Below are positions 1-11,126 of a stretch of DNA of 64,000 nt, in pieces; the stretch's first letter is position 1; each line of letters begins with the position of its first letter. The notes under the pieces were generated by a model. That model made no database searches. It saw only the letters and a program-made list of their open reading frames with translations, and was not told the origin of the DNA. The stretch covers positions 447 to 64,446 of the forward strand of contig CANPYN010000001.1 of the NCBI GenBank assembly GCA_947588635.1. The letters are read 5' to 3'. Source of the stretch: an uncultured Clostridia bacterium (GTDB taxonomy: Bacteria; Bacillota; Clostridia; TANB77; CAG-508). A program made the translations under genes and the position numbers.

Positions 1-49
1 AAGCTATAATTGATATTACACATATTATTAATTCTTTTGTTTTTGACAT
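1..49 (-). CDS. First 16 codons of an unidentified hydrophobic protein gene running off the left edge
   Basis: ATG at 49-47 sits behind GGAGAT. The peptide begins MSKTKELIICVISIIA. It is too short to classify. Confidence 0.25.
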   Translation of the reverse strand, partial: MSKTKELIICVISIIA

Positions 50-163
50 TTTACATATCTCCTTTTCATTATATATTATTATTATAAATTATTTTATTAT
101 ATTTATACAACATTTTTCAAAATAATGCAATACTTTTTTTAAATTTTTTATTGTTTTTATTAT

Positions 164-1255
164 TTATACATTAAATTTAAATAAAACAATATCTCCTTCT
201 TGCATTATATATTCTTTTCCTTCTGATCTTACTAAGCCTTTTTCTCTTGCTGCTGTCATTGACCCTTCTTTGATTAAATCTTCATATGATACAATTTCTG
301 CTTTTATGAATCCCCTTTGTATATCTGAATGTATTTTTCCGGCAGCAACAGGCGCTTTAGTTCCTTTTTTTATTGTCCATGCTCTAACTTCTGCTTCTCC
401 TGCTGTTAAAAATGACATTAATCCCAACAATGAATAGCTTTCTTTTATAACTTTATCCAAGCCTGATTCTTTAAGTCCTAATGCTTCTAGCATTTCCCTT
501 TTATCGTCTCCTTCTAATGAGGTTAATTCTTCTTCAATTTTTGCACACAATGGAATTGCTATAGTATTCTCTGATTCTGCATATTCCTTAACTTTTTTAA
601 CATTTTCATCATTTTCAAAATTTGATAATTGTTCTTCTGAAACATTTGCTATGTATAAAATTGGTTTTGCAGTAAGAAACATTATCTCTTTTAAAATTTC
701 TTTTTCATCTTCGTTAAATTCTAAAGTTCTAACTGGCTTTTCATCTTCTAAATGTTTTTTTATTCTTTCTAAACAATCTATTTCTGTCTGATATTTTTTA
801 TCTGCTTTTAACATTTTTTTTGCTTTTTCCAATCTCTTATCCACTGTTTCTATATCTGCAAATATTAATTCTAGATTTATAGTCTCTATGTCTCTTAATG
901 GATCTATACTTCCATCAACATGAACAATATTTGGATTTTCAAAGCATCTTACAACTTGTGCAATAGCATCTACTTCTCTTATATGAGATAAGAATTTATT
1001 TCCTAAACCCTCTCCTTTGCTAGCACCTTTTACTAAACCAGCAATATCTACAAATTCTACTATTGCATGTGTTGTTTTCTCCGCATTATACATTTTAGTT
1101 AGCACATCTAATCTCTCATCTGGTACAGGTACCACTCCTACATTTGGCTCAATTGTGCAAAATGGATAATTTGCACATTCTGCTCCCGCATTTGTTATAC
1201 TATTAAACATTGTACTCTTTCCTACATTTGGAAGTCCAACTATTCCTATTTTCAT
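164..1255 (-). CDS. ychF: Ribosome-binding ATPase YchF (OLA1 family GTPase-like)
   Basis: 363-aa ORF with P-loop GLPNVGKST at the N-terminus and a full-length YchF-like layout with a TGS-type C-terminus. Confidence 0.93.
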   Translation of the reverse strand: MKIGIVGLPNVGKSTMFNSITNAGAECANYPFCTIEPNVGVVPVPDERLDVLTKMYNAEKTTHAIVEFVDIAGLVKGASKGEGLGNKFLSHIREVDAIAQVVRCFENPNIVHVDGSIDPLRDIETINLELIFADIETVDKRLEKAKKMLKADKKYQTEIDCLERIKKHLEDEKPVRTLEFNEDEKEILKEIMFLTAKPILYIANVSEEQLSNFENDENVKKVKEYAESENTIAIPLCAKIEEELTSLEGDDKREMLEALGLKESGLDKVIKESYSLLGLMSFLTAGEAEVRAWTIKKGTKAPVAAGKIHSDIQRGFIKAEIVSYEDLIKEGSMTAAREKGLVRSEGKEYIMQEGDIVLFKFNV

Positions 1256-1276
1256 TTTTTTACCTCTTTTATTTAT

Positions 1277-1305
1277 TTGATTTTATGATTAATTTATGCT
1301 ATAAT
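1277..1305 (+). promoter_or_regulatory. Sigma-A type promoter (TTGATT, 17 nt spacer, TATAAT)
   Basis: -35 TTGATT at 1277-1282, an exact 17-nt spacer, and -10 TATAAT at 1300-1305. It drives the GC-rich unit downstream. Confidence 0.6.
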
Positions 1306-1311
1306 ATAATT

Positions 1312-1545
1312 AATCTTTTTTTGAAAGGAGGATGTTTAGATGCCACCGTACAATTCACAGGAATATGTGATGACTCCTTATTGGTCGTCGCTACCTTCCT
1401 GGAGAACAGACATTTGCAAGCAACAAAGTCAGAGCAGGGATAATTTACCAAACTATTCCACTATGACGACAACTAGCACCGGCAAATAACAATCCGAGGC
1501 ACATACAGCTTCTATAATTTTAGGAGTTGTATGTGTCATTTTTAT
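1312..1545 (+). ncRNA. Compact GC-enriched transcription unit. It is either a structured ~190-230 nt RNA or a 49-codon ORF (1340-1489, MPPYNSQEYVMTPYWSSLPSWRTDICKQQSQSRDNLPNYSTMTTTSTGK).
   Basis: It has its own promoter and an intrinsic terminator (stem 1500-1535 plus T-run). It is visibly GC-richer than any flanking DNA. Long-range pairings are possible (UUGGUCGUC with GACGACAA, GGAUGUU with AACAAUCC, UGCC with GGCA). A GGAGG-N8-ATG start is also present. I could not assign a family. Confidence 0.4.
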
Positions 1546-1600
1546 ATAATATTAAAATTCTCCTAAATTCCTATTATATAAAAAGCTATACTCATATATT

Positions 1601-1676
1601 TGGAGCTTCCAGCCGGAATTGAACCGGCGACCTCTTGCTTACCACGCAAGTGCTCTACCAACTGAGCTATAGAAGC
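1601..1676 (-). tRNA. tRNA-Thr (anticodon GGU), CCA encoded
   Basis: The reverse complement is GCTTCTATAGCTCAGTTGGTAGAGCACTTGCGTGGTAAGCAAGAGGTCGCCGGTTCAATTCCGGCTGGAAGCTCCA and folds as a cloverleaf. Acceptor stem is 7 bp, D stem is GCTC/GAGC, anticodon stem is CTTGC/GCAAG with loop GUGGUAA, and T stem is GCCGG/CCGGC. Confidence 0.93.
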
Positions 1677-2105
1677 AGATATTGTGTATTTGTTGATATT
1701 TCAACAACTTTAAGTATCTTATCTTTTATATTATTAGTCTATATTGTCTATTTTGACTATGTCTTTTACAGTGTTCGTAGTCAAAACACAATTGTTTTTA
1801 ATTATAAATCCTTTCCATCTAATAATCCTAAACTATAAACCTTAATTAGTATACTATAATTTTTTTTTAATTTCAACCATTCTTTATCAACAAAATATAT
1901 TATTCTTCTTAATTATTACTATTCAGTAAAATATAAAACATTTATTGTTATTAAAACTGATTTTTAACTCCTAATTCTATAAAATTATATTATTATACTA
2001 TTATATTAATTTTAAATTTTGTCGAAGTTTGACACACGATTTTTGTTGAAATCTTGGTATTTATATAATATATTGTTTTTATATTATATTAAAGAAGGTT
2101 TTATT

Positions 2106-2828
2106 ATGTATTTATTTTACGTTGATGAAAGTGGAACTCCTGATCCTATTTCTATAAATAAAAAAGGTGGATGTTCAAACAATTTTATTATCGGAGGTAT
2201 CTTAATTAAAACAGATTTTTCTCAAAAACTTGAAGAAGAATTTTATGAAATCAAAGAGAAATACTTGAAAAACCCATTGTTGGAATTAAAATATAATTCT
2301 CCTCCATCAAATATAAAAAAAGGATATAACAAAGAAATAGTTAGAGAGAAAGTATATGATTTTATTAATAACTCTTCTCAAAATTTTAAAATTATTACGG
2401 CAGTTATAGATAAAACAAACTTAGGTGAAAAAAATTATTTTTCAAAAAACAAAGAAAGTATTTATTATTATGCTCTACAATTTTTGTTAGAAAGAATAAA
2501 TTATGAACTTAGTGCTTTGAAAGATTCTTGTCTGGTAATATTAGATTCTAGGAACAAGAAAGATAATAAAACGCTTTATTCTTCTTATATGTATCTCCTT
2601 AAGCACGGAACTAATCAACAAAATGCTGATAAATTTAATCACTTTCTTCCATCTATTGCCTTCTCTGATTCTGAATTTTGTATGAATTTATGTGTGGCTG
2701 ATTTTTGTTGTGCATCTGTTTTTCAGTTAGAAGAATTTAGTAGGCCTAGGTATTACAAAACAATAAAAAATAAATTTAGAAATATTAATGGAGTAATTGA
2801 AGGATACGGTATAGTTCATTTTCCATAA
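2106..2828 (+). CDS. DUF3800 family protein (orphan accessory gene)
   Basis: The N-terminus MYLFYVDESGTPD matches the DUF3800 YxDESG signature, and DSR and ADF motifs occur later. I moved the start from the TTG at 2019 to the ATG at 2106 behind AAGAAGG. A GC hairpin at 2834-2882 follows the stop. Confidence 0.7.
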   Translation: MYLFYVDESGTPDPISINKKGGCSNNFIIGGILIKTDFSQKLEEEFYEIKEKYLKNPLLELKYNSPPSNIKKGYNKEIVREKVYDFINNSSQNFKIITAVIDKTNLGEKNYFSKNKESIYYYALQFLLERINYELSALKDSCLVILDSRNKKDNKTLYSSYMYLLKHGTNQQNADKFNHFLPSIAFSDSEFCMNLCVADFCCASVFQLEEFSRPRYYKTIKNKFRNINGVIEGYGIVHFP

Positions 2829-3002
2829 AAAACGGCTGGGCGACTAATGTCTATAACATCCGAATAATCAGATGCACCCAGCCAATGAAATATCTTTCGA
2901 TATTCTTTAGTATTATATGTATTTCTAAGTTAATTATACCATTATTCACATATTTGTCAAGAAAAATTGTTCGACAAATATGTCGAATTTTGTATTCTTG
3001 AA

Positions 3003-3648
3003 TTAGTCCTCATTCATTATATTTTTATTTGCTTTTTTTCTTATTCTTTGTATAGCATTATCTATAGATTTTACAGGAGCATCTAGTTTCTCTGCTATTT
3101 TTACATAACTTTCGCCGAGCTGCATATCTAGAAAGTACCTTTTTTTCAAAATCACTTAATTGTTCATCAATTTTATTTCCTACAAACTTGTAATATTCTT
3201 TTTTAGTTATTGTATCTAACGGATCTTCTGCAATTTTCGAATTAAAAAGGTCCATTAATGATGCATCTTCATCATTTTCATATACCGGTATATTCAACGA
3301 TAATGAAGAATTAAGTGGCATATGTTTTTGTCTATTTGATGTCTTTATTGCAGTAATCAATTGTCTTTCAATACATAAATTGGCAAATGATTTGAAAGAA
3401 TTTTGTTTATCATCTTCATAACTTTTTATCGCCTTATATAATCCTATCATTCCTTCTTGAACAATATCTTCTTTTTCTGCACCTATTATAAAATATTTAC
3501 TTACTTTCATATTAACAAGTTCTTTATACTTATTAAATAGACATTCTAAAGCATCTTCGCTACCATCTTTTGCTGAAGCTACTAATTCATTGTCTGTTTT
3601 ATTAATTAATTCATTATTTGTATCATAAGCCAATTTTCTTTCTGCCAT
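3003..3648 (-). CDS. sigH: Sporulation sigma factor SigH (Spo0H); needs a +1 shift at an in-frame CGG
   Basis: Regions 2 and 3 are present (EDIVQEGMIGLYKAI, RQKHMPLNSSLSL). The 0-frame ends in nonsense after ...VLSRYAA-CGG (plus-strand CCG at 3115-3117). Skipping the C gives G-ESYVKIAEKLDAPVKSIDNAIQRIRKKANKNIMNED*, which is a typical region 4.2 HTH. The product is 214 aa. Confidence 0.85.
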
Positions 3649-3736
3649 ATTATTTTTTTGCCTCCGCCTTAATTCTATTTTGATTTTATTATATTAACTA
3701 AATCCACTAATGTCAATACTTTCGTAATATTTTATT

Positions 3737-4174
3737 TTATTTTTCTAATATTATTGTAACTGGCCCATCATTTAGTAAACTTACCTTCATATGTTCTCCA
3801 AATATACCCTTTTGGACATTTTTTACCACCTTTTTGCACTTGCTAATAAAGTATTCATATAATTCATTTGCTAATTCTGGCGGTGCAGCTTTAACAAAAC
3901 TTGGTCTATTTCCCTTTTTACAATCTGCATACAGTGTAAATTGTGAAACTACTAGTAATTCGCCATTAATATCTTTTATTGATAAATTCATTTTATCATT
4001 TTCATCACTAAATACTCTTAAATTGCATAATTTTTCTACTAAAAAATCTGCTTGTTCTTTAGTATCTCCATCACCTGCTCCAAATAATACTAAAAATCCA
4101 TGTTCTATTTTGCCTACTGTTTCATTTTCTACTTCCACTTTTGCTTCAGATACTCTTTGTATAATTAATTTCAT
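3737..4174 (-). CDS. dtd: D-aminoacyl-tRNA deacylase
   Basis: 145 aa. It shows MKLIIQRV, SQFTLYAD and a GPVT-type C-terminus typical of Dtd. Confidence 0.9.
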   Translation of the reverse strand: MKLIIQRVSEAKVEVENETVGKIEHGFLVLFGAGDGDTKEQADFLVEKLCNLRVFSDENDKMNLSIKDINGELLVVSQFTLYADCKKGNRPSFVKAAPPELANELYEYFISKCKKVVKNVQKGIFGEHMKVSLLNDGPVTIILEK

Positions 4175-4192
4175 TTATTATTTCCTCCGTGT

Positions 4193-4447
4193 TTATTCTA
4201 GTATATTTGTACCAATTTTAAATTCAATATCTTCCATAAAAGGATGAAGTTCTTTAACTGCCTTTAATGTTACTATTTGTGTTTTAGGATGTGGTCCTTT
4301 ACCATTAAAATTAACGATTTCCCTCGAATAACAATTTTTATTTAACTTACTAAGAAGATATCTTGTGCCCATATACGTGTAATATATTTGATAACCATCT
4401 CTTAAATCTTTCCACATTTGTTCAAAACTGTAATCATTATAATCCAT
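4193..4447 (-). CDS. Hypothetical 84-aa protein
   Basis: The ORF is tightly packed upstream of dtd on the same strand. I recognise no family. Confidence 0.45.
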   Translation of the reverse strand: MDYNDYSFEQMWKDLRDGYQIYYTYMGTRYLLSKLNKNCYSREIVNFNGKGPHPKTQIVTLKAVKELHPFMEDIEFKIGTNILE

Positions 4448-4467
4448 TTTTACTCCTTTATAATTTT

Positions 4468-6672
<2,205 letters not shown>

Positions 6673-6706
6673 TCAACAAAAGGAAGTTGTCCTCTCTTGT
6701 TAAATT

Positions 6707-7309
6707 TTAGTCTTTTAATAATTCTTTTCCGCCTTTTACGTAGTCCCAACCTGAGAATATCGTAGCAATAACCGAAATTGTCATTAATAATGTTGCCAAA
6801 ATATTTATTATTAATTCAATTATTGATAAATCTTCATTTATGAATGCACCAAATTTATTTGTTCCATTTATATTAATAAACATTAGAATTATTGCTATCA
6901 TTTGGGTAACTGTTTTTAATTTTCCCCAAATGCTTGCCGCAATTACATTTCCTCCCTTTTCTACTGCTACTAATCTGTATCCTGATACTACGAATTCTCT
7001 AAATATAACTATAATTGGTATCCATGCTGGAAGATTTCCATCTTCTACTAATATGAGCATTGCAGTTAGTACTAGTATTTTATCTGCTAAAGGGTCTGCA
7101 AATTTTCCAAATGTTGTTATCTGATTATTTTTTCTTGCCAATTTGCCATCTAAATGATCTGTATATGATGCTATTATAAATATTATATCAATTATTATAT
7201 AGGAAACTGGTATTCCTAGAAATGTACTCTGTATATTAAAAAATGGTATTATTACCATTAATGGTACTAATATTATTCTAAAAACAGTTATTTTATTTGG
7301 TAAATTCAT
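6707..7309 (-). CDS. pgsA: CDP-diacylglycerol--glycerol-3-phosphate 3-phosphatidyltransferase
   Basis: It carries the CDP-alcohol phosphatidyltransferase motif DHLDGKLARK-x8-G-x3-D-x3-D. The start is placed at the ATG at 7309 behind GGAGG. Confidence 0.88.
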   Translation of the reverse strand: MNLPNKITVFRIILVPLMVIIPFFNIQSTFLGIPVSYIIIDIIFIIASYTDHLDGKLARKNNQITTFGKFADPLADKILVLTAMLILVEDGNLPAWIPIIVIFREFVVSGYRLVAVEKGGNVIAASIWGKLKTVTQMIAIILMFININGTNKFGAFINEDLSIIELIINILATLLMTISVIATIFSGWDYVKGGKELLKD

Positions 7310-7538
7310 AAATGCCTCCATTTATTTTTATTTTATTATATAAGATATAACTTAATAAAACAATATATTGATGAATTTTTTATTATTATATTCTCCATCA
7401 CTGAACATGACTCTTGGATGCCCATCGTTCTTGCTAATTTATTATAACATTTTTCTATTATATAAAAAAGATTAGTTTATTTACTGAACTATAAATATTT
7501 GAACAGTAAAACCAATCTTTTTTTATATATTACAAGTT

Positions 7539-8618
7539 CTATTCTATTGTTATTTTTGCCTCTTTTGGTGTTATTTGTATAAATGTATTTCCATCATTTA
7601 CAGTTATTTCTTCTCCATTTTCGTATTTATATACGGTCTGTCCGCTATGTGAAGTCTTTTCCCATGTGATTGGAACTGAGTATCCATTTGAAATATAATA
7701 TCCTGTTCCGCTTCCTATATTTTCTAACTCTTGTCTACCCTTGTTTTGTCCGCTTAATGTATAATTTTTTACACTATATACAATTATATTTTTTGTTGTA
7801 TATTGCTCACCAGTTTCTAAATCTACATTTGCCTTTCCACTCATACTTCTCTTATATACTTTATTTTCTGCATCGTATTTATAGCTTGTTGTATGATAAT
7901 CTGAATATTTTAAAGTTACACTATTTGCTGCTTTAGCTTGTGTATTACTTGATAAATCAATTTCATCAATACTATAATTTAATAATAAATCTTTTTCGGT
8001 ATCTCTTGTATATCCTTTCTCTTCAGCATACTCTTTTGCTTTCTCTAAATTAACAAATCCTGTATGTTCATAAGCTCTATTTAGACTTTTATCTCTAAAG
8101 AATGCTGATCCCTCTAATGCTATACCATCTAAATCATTTATTCCTTGCTTTATTCTTGAATATGCTTGTGGGCTTCCTCCCCAATGTATATATATTGCAT
8201 CATTTTCTTCTGCATAATCAATAAAATAATGTCTTGCACTTCTTACTGAACCCACTTTTACTGGATAAACATCTTTATATAGTGCCATCATTCTAGTTAT
8301 TCCGCCTTCTGCAATTATTTCATAAACTAGATATGCATCCTGAAGTCCACATTGTGGCCATGCTGCATGATTATTGTTTATCATTACTGCATAAGGTCTC
8401 GTTTTAGAGTTTACATTCACTATTTTTAATTGTGGTACATTTGCGTCTGGTAATTGTTCATTCGCCGTAGTTTCAACCTGCCCTTTATTTAATAGTTTTA
8501 AAGCTAACAAAATACCTGCTATTACTATTAATACTACTAAAATAATTATTAATAGTTTTAATCCGTTTTTCTTTGAGGTTTTAGTTTTCCCCTGTCTCGT
8601 TCTTTTTCCTTCTCCCAT
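7539..8618 (-). CDS. DUF3048 domain protein (YerB-like, membrane-anchored)
   Basis: An N-terminal TM helix is followed by RPYAVMINN...PQCGLQDAYLVYEIIAEGGITRMMAL, which is typical of DUF3048. Confidence 0.7.
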   Translation of the reverse strand: MGEGKRTRQGKTKTSKKNGLKLLIIILVVLIVIAGILLALKLLNKGQVETTANEQLPDANVPQLKIVNVNSKTRPYAVMINNNHAAWPQCGLQDAYLVYEIIAEGGITRMMALYKDVYPVKVGSVRSARHYFIDYAEENDAIYIHWGGSPQAYSRIKQGINDLDGIALEGSAFFRDKSLNRAYEHTGFVNLEKAKEYAEEKGYTRDTEKDLLLNYSIDEIDLSSNTQAKAANSVTLKYSDYHTTSYKYDAENKVYKRSMSGKANVDLETGEQYTTKNIIVYSVKNYTLSGQNKGRQELENIGSGTGYYISNGYSVPITWEKTSHSGQTVYKYENGEEITVNDGNTFIQITPKEAKITIE

Positions 8619-8636
8619 TTAATTTTCATCCTTTCT

Positions 8637-9101
8637 TTATTTTAATATTTTTAATTCTTGAAGTATACTTTCTTCTTTTTGTCGCATTTTTATTTTGTCT
8701 TGCTCCTCAATATGATCATATCCCATTAAATGATAAAATCCATGTACTGCCATATATGACAATTCTCTTTCAAAACTGTGACCATATTCTACTGCCTGTT
8801 CTTTTACTCTTTCTATTGATATTACAATATCTCCTAAAATATCTTGATTTAAATCTTTTCTTTTTTCTAATTCGTCTTTTTCAAACATTGGAAAAGACAA
8901 TACATCTGTTTCTTTATCAATATTTCTATATTCTTTATTCATTATCTTTATATTTTTAGGGTTAGTAAGTACTACATTAATGTATAAATTTTTATTTATT
9001 AAATTTTCTTCTTTAAAACATTTTTCTAAAACTTTAGTTAATATATTAATATATTCCTTATTCTCTTCTATGTCTAAAAAATTTATTTCTGCTACATCCA
9101 T
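8637..9101 (-). CDS. ybeY: rRNA maturation endoribonuclease YbeY
   Basis: 154 aa with the zinc motif HGFYHLMGYDH. Confidence 0.9.
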   Translation of the reverse strand: MDVAEINFLDIEENKEYINILTKVLEKCFKEENLINKNLYINVVLTNPKNIKIMNKEYRNIDKETDVLSFPMFEKDELEKRKDLNQDILGDIVISIERVKEQAVEYGHSFERELSYMAVHGFYHLMGYDHIEEQDKIKMRQKEESILQELKILK

Positions 9102-9114
9102 TATATTGTACCTC

Positions 9115-10317
9115 TTATGCTATTTTTTTGTAATTTCCTATTATTGTTTTATAACCATTTTTTATTTGTCTTATAGCTCCTAATTCAACTAATTTTTGTT
9201 TTATTTCTTTTATAATACTTGAATAATTATTTTTGCTTTGTCTTAATTTCTTTAAGTCATTTTTTAAAAATAAAATTTGCTTTTGTTTTAATTTTTCATT
9301 TGAATCTTCTATTTTAATTATTTCATTATATTCATTCCAAAAAATTTTATATTCTTCTCTTTCTTCTGGTTTATCCCAATATACCTTTGTTGATAACAAT
9401 CTTATATTATAATTTTCTATCAATTCTATTAATAAATCAAATGTCCTGTTTTTTCTAGCTTTACCCTCTTGCTTTAATAGTAAATTTCTTGTATCTTTTA
9501 ATAATTTTATATAACAATGTTCTGCAGCAATTAATGGTAAACTATGGGTAAATAAATATCTACTAATATTCAATAAAAACATTTTTCTTCTAATTTTATC
9601 TCTTTCATCTAACTTGCCAACTAATAAACTTTCATATTTTCCATAATCATCTAAAATATTTTTATATTCATCGTTTTTATCTAGTCTTAATTTAATTGGT
9701 AAAATTTCGGAAATATATGCTTCTAGTGCATTAAATATTTTATCATATATATTTTCTATAGCTTCTACTTTTCCACTAAATGTATCTGCTAATTGAACTG
9801 AGTAATTTTTTAATAGTCCCTTATATAAAGAATCCATTTTTGATACATAAAATTTATTGTATTTATCTATAGTTGTTTCTTTTTTTAAATTAGTTACTGA
9901 TTCATAGTCTACTTTTAATAAATATTCTTGTTTTTTATATTTATATTCCAAATATTGTTTCTCTTTTAAACTAACTATAAAATAATATTTACTAAGTGCA
10001 TCTTTTTCAAAGTTTGATGCTGTTCCATTTTTTACTTTTTTATAAACTGAATCCATTATATATTTATCTATTGCTTCTAGATATAAGCTATAAGTCTCTT
10101 CATATTTTTTAAGTAGATTTTCTTTTTTATCAATATCGTCATTTTCTACTGCTAAAATATAATTTGAATATGATTTTATTAAATTGTTTCTTTTTATAGA
10201 AATCATAATGTTGTTAATACTTACTTTTGTTGGTATTAACATTTTTGTAATAGTATTTGTTATTTTCGAAAAGAAAGTTTTATTAGTATCTAAAACCCTT
10301 AGGCTCCTTTGTTCCAT
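9115..10317 (-). CDS. Hypothetical 400-aa Lys/Glu/Tyr-rich, mostly helical protein
   Basis: A long ORF with native AT-rich composition lies directly upstream of ybeY. I recognise no motif. It occupies the position where phoH/pgpH usually sit. Confidence 0.55.
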   Translation of the reverse strand: MEQRSLRVLDTNKTFFSKITNTITKMLIPTKVSINNIMISIKRNNLIKSYSNYILAVENDDIDKKENLLKKYEETYSLYLEAIDKYIMDSVYKKVKNGTASNFEKDALSKYYFIVSLKEKQYLEYKYKKQEYLLKVDYESVTNLKKETTIDKYNKFYVSKMDSLYKGLLKNYSVQLADTFSGKVEAIENIYDKIFNALEAYISEILPIKLRLDKNDEYKNILDDYGKYESLLVGKLDERDKIRRKMFLLNISRYLFTHSLPLIAAEHCYIKLLKDTRNLLLKQEGKARKNRTFDLLIELIENYNIRLLSTKVYWDKPEEREEYKIFWNEYNEIIKIEDSNEKLKQKQILFLKNDLKKLRQSKNNYSSIIKEIKQKLVELGAIRQIKNGYKTIIGNYKKIA

Positions 10318-10609
10318 AATATCACCCTTTCTCCATTTTCTGTGTCTCTTTTTCTTTCTTCCGTAGCTGTTAAATATTCTTTTGTATTTTAAATCGCTTT
10401 TTTATTTTAAAAATAATTTCTTATTTTTTAGTTTCTTTTATTGTATCATAATTTTAAAATTTTGAAAGGGTTTTATATAAATTTATTCTAAAAATTTTTT
10501 ATTTGATGTAGGCTTTTGTTCCGTAGCCTTTACAACAGATGTATTTCTCACAATAAATATTTCGCTACAAGGAAAACGGGCACTGATCTTTTCAGTGCCC
10601 GTAAAGGAG

Positions 10610-11035
10610 TTATCCGAAAATGGGTTCAGTTGCAAGAACTTCCTCTCTGGAGAGGAGTTTTTTATTTGTTCCTGTCATACTGAAAAACTTTTCTCCATTG
10701 CCGATAAAGATTGCATCATCCGACAAAGTAATTACTGTCAAAGTATTGCCCGGCAGTTTGCGCAAACTTGTTACTCCATACATCTCTTTAAGTTGCTCTA
10801 TTCTCCATGTGCCAATTCCATCACGTTGGAGAATTAACAATTTGGATGAACCCTGTAATTTGTTTATCTCTTTGAGTTCATACCCAGATTCATCGGACGT
10901 ATTATAGTGTGAAGCCTGATCTACTCTAAAAGTAGATACATGTGCTTCTTGCGGACGTTCATATCCAAAACATCCTTCACACTCGGGGTACTTTTCGCAC
11001 AACACCGATTTCCGGCATTTCGTTTCTGTTTTCAT
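10610..11035 (-). CDS. Hypothetical 141-aa protein on a compositionally foreign (GC-richer) insert; N-terminal Cys cluster C-x5-C-x5-C-x2-C
   Basis: AAGGAG RBS with start MKTETKCRK. A GC-rich hairpin terminator lies at 10577-10600. The protein contains an in-frame CGG (plus-strand CCG at 11012-11014) read as Arg, unlike the native genes. Confidence 0.5.
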   Translation of the reverse strand: MKTETKCRKSVLCEKYPECEGCFGYERPQEAHVSTFRVDQASHYNTSDESGYELKEINKLQGSSKLLILQRDGIGTWRIEQLKEMYGVTSLRKLPGNTLTVITLSDDAIFIGNGEKFFSMTGTNKKLLSREEVLATEPIFG

Positions 11036-11126
11036 GATCATGTCTCCTTTTTTAATAATTGATAAGCTTATGCTTATTAATTATATTTTACAATATTTTC
11101 ATATTTATGTCAAACGCACACATGTT

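Noticed and set aside
1210-1443. The 77-aa track ORF spanning the ychF start and the GC-rich unit.
   Set aside because: It begins inside ychF on the opposite strand, crosses the promoter and has no RBS. The alternative 49-codon frame with GGAGG-N8-ATG, or an RNA, explains the region better.
1312-1545. Calling the GC-rich unit 6S RNA or SRP RNA.
   Set aside because: The size and a possible closing stem are compatible with 6S. A CCAGGAAGG-like string on the opposite strand faintly recalls SRP helix 8. However, the promoter and terminator fix the plus-strand orientation, and I could not reproduce either consensus structure by eye.
3834-4247. Many plus-strand track ORFs lie antisense to minus-strand genes. 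Examples are 3834-4247, 5000-5959, 6840-7124, 7670-7936, 14105-14473, 17346-17672, 19298-19627, 21089-21490, 38401-38715, 38866-39180, 45133-46494, 50930-51526, 52630-53128 and 63065-63325.
   Set aside because: They are low-complexity Leu/Phe/Ile/Ser-rich translations lying fully inside well-supported genes on the other strand. They have no RBS. They are typical shadow ORFs of AT-rich DNA.
10595-10907. Two plus-strand ORFs inside the GC-richer block.
   Set aside because: Higher GC lengthens chance ORFs. Only the minus-strand frame has an RBS and a terminator.
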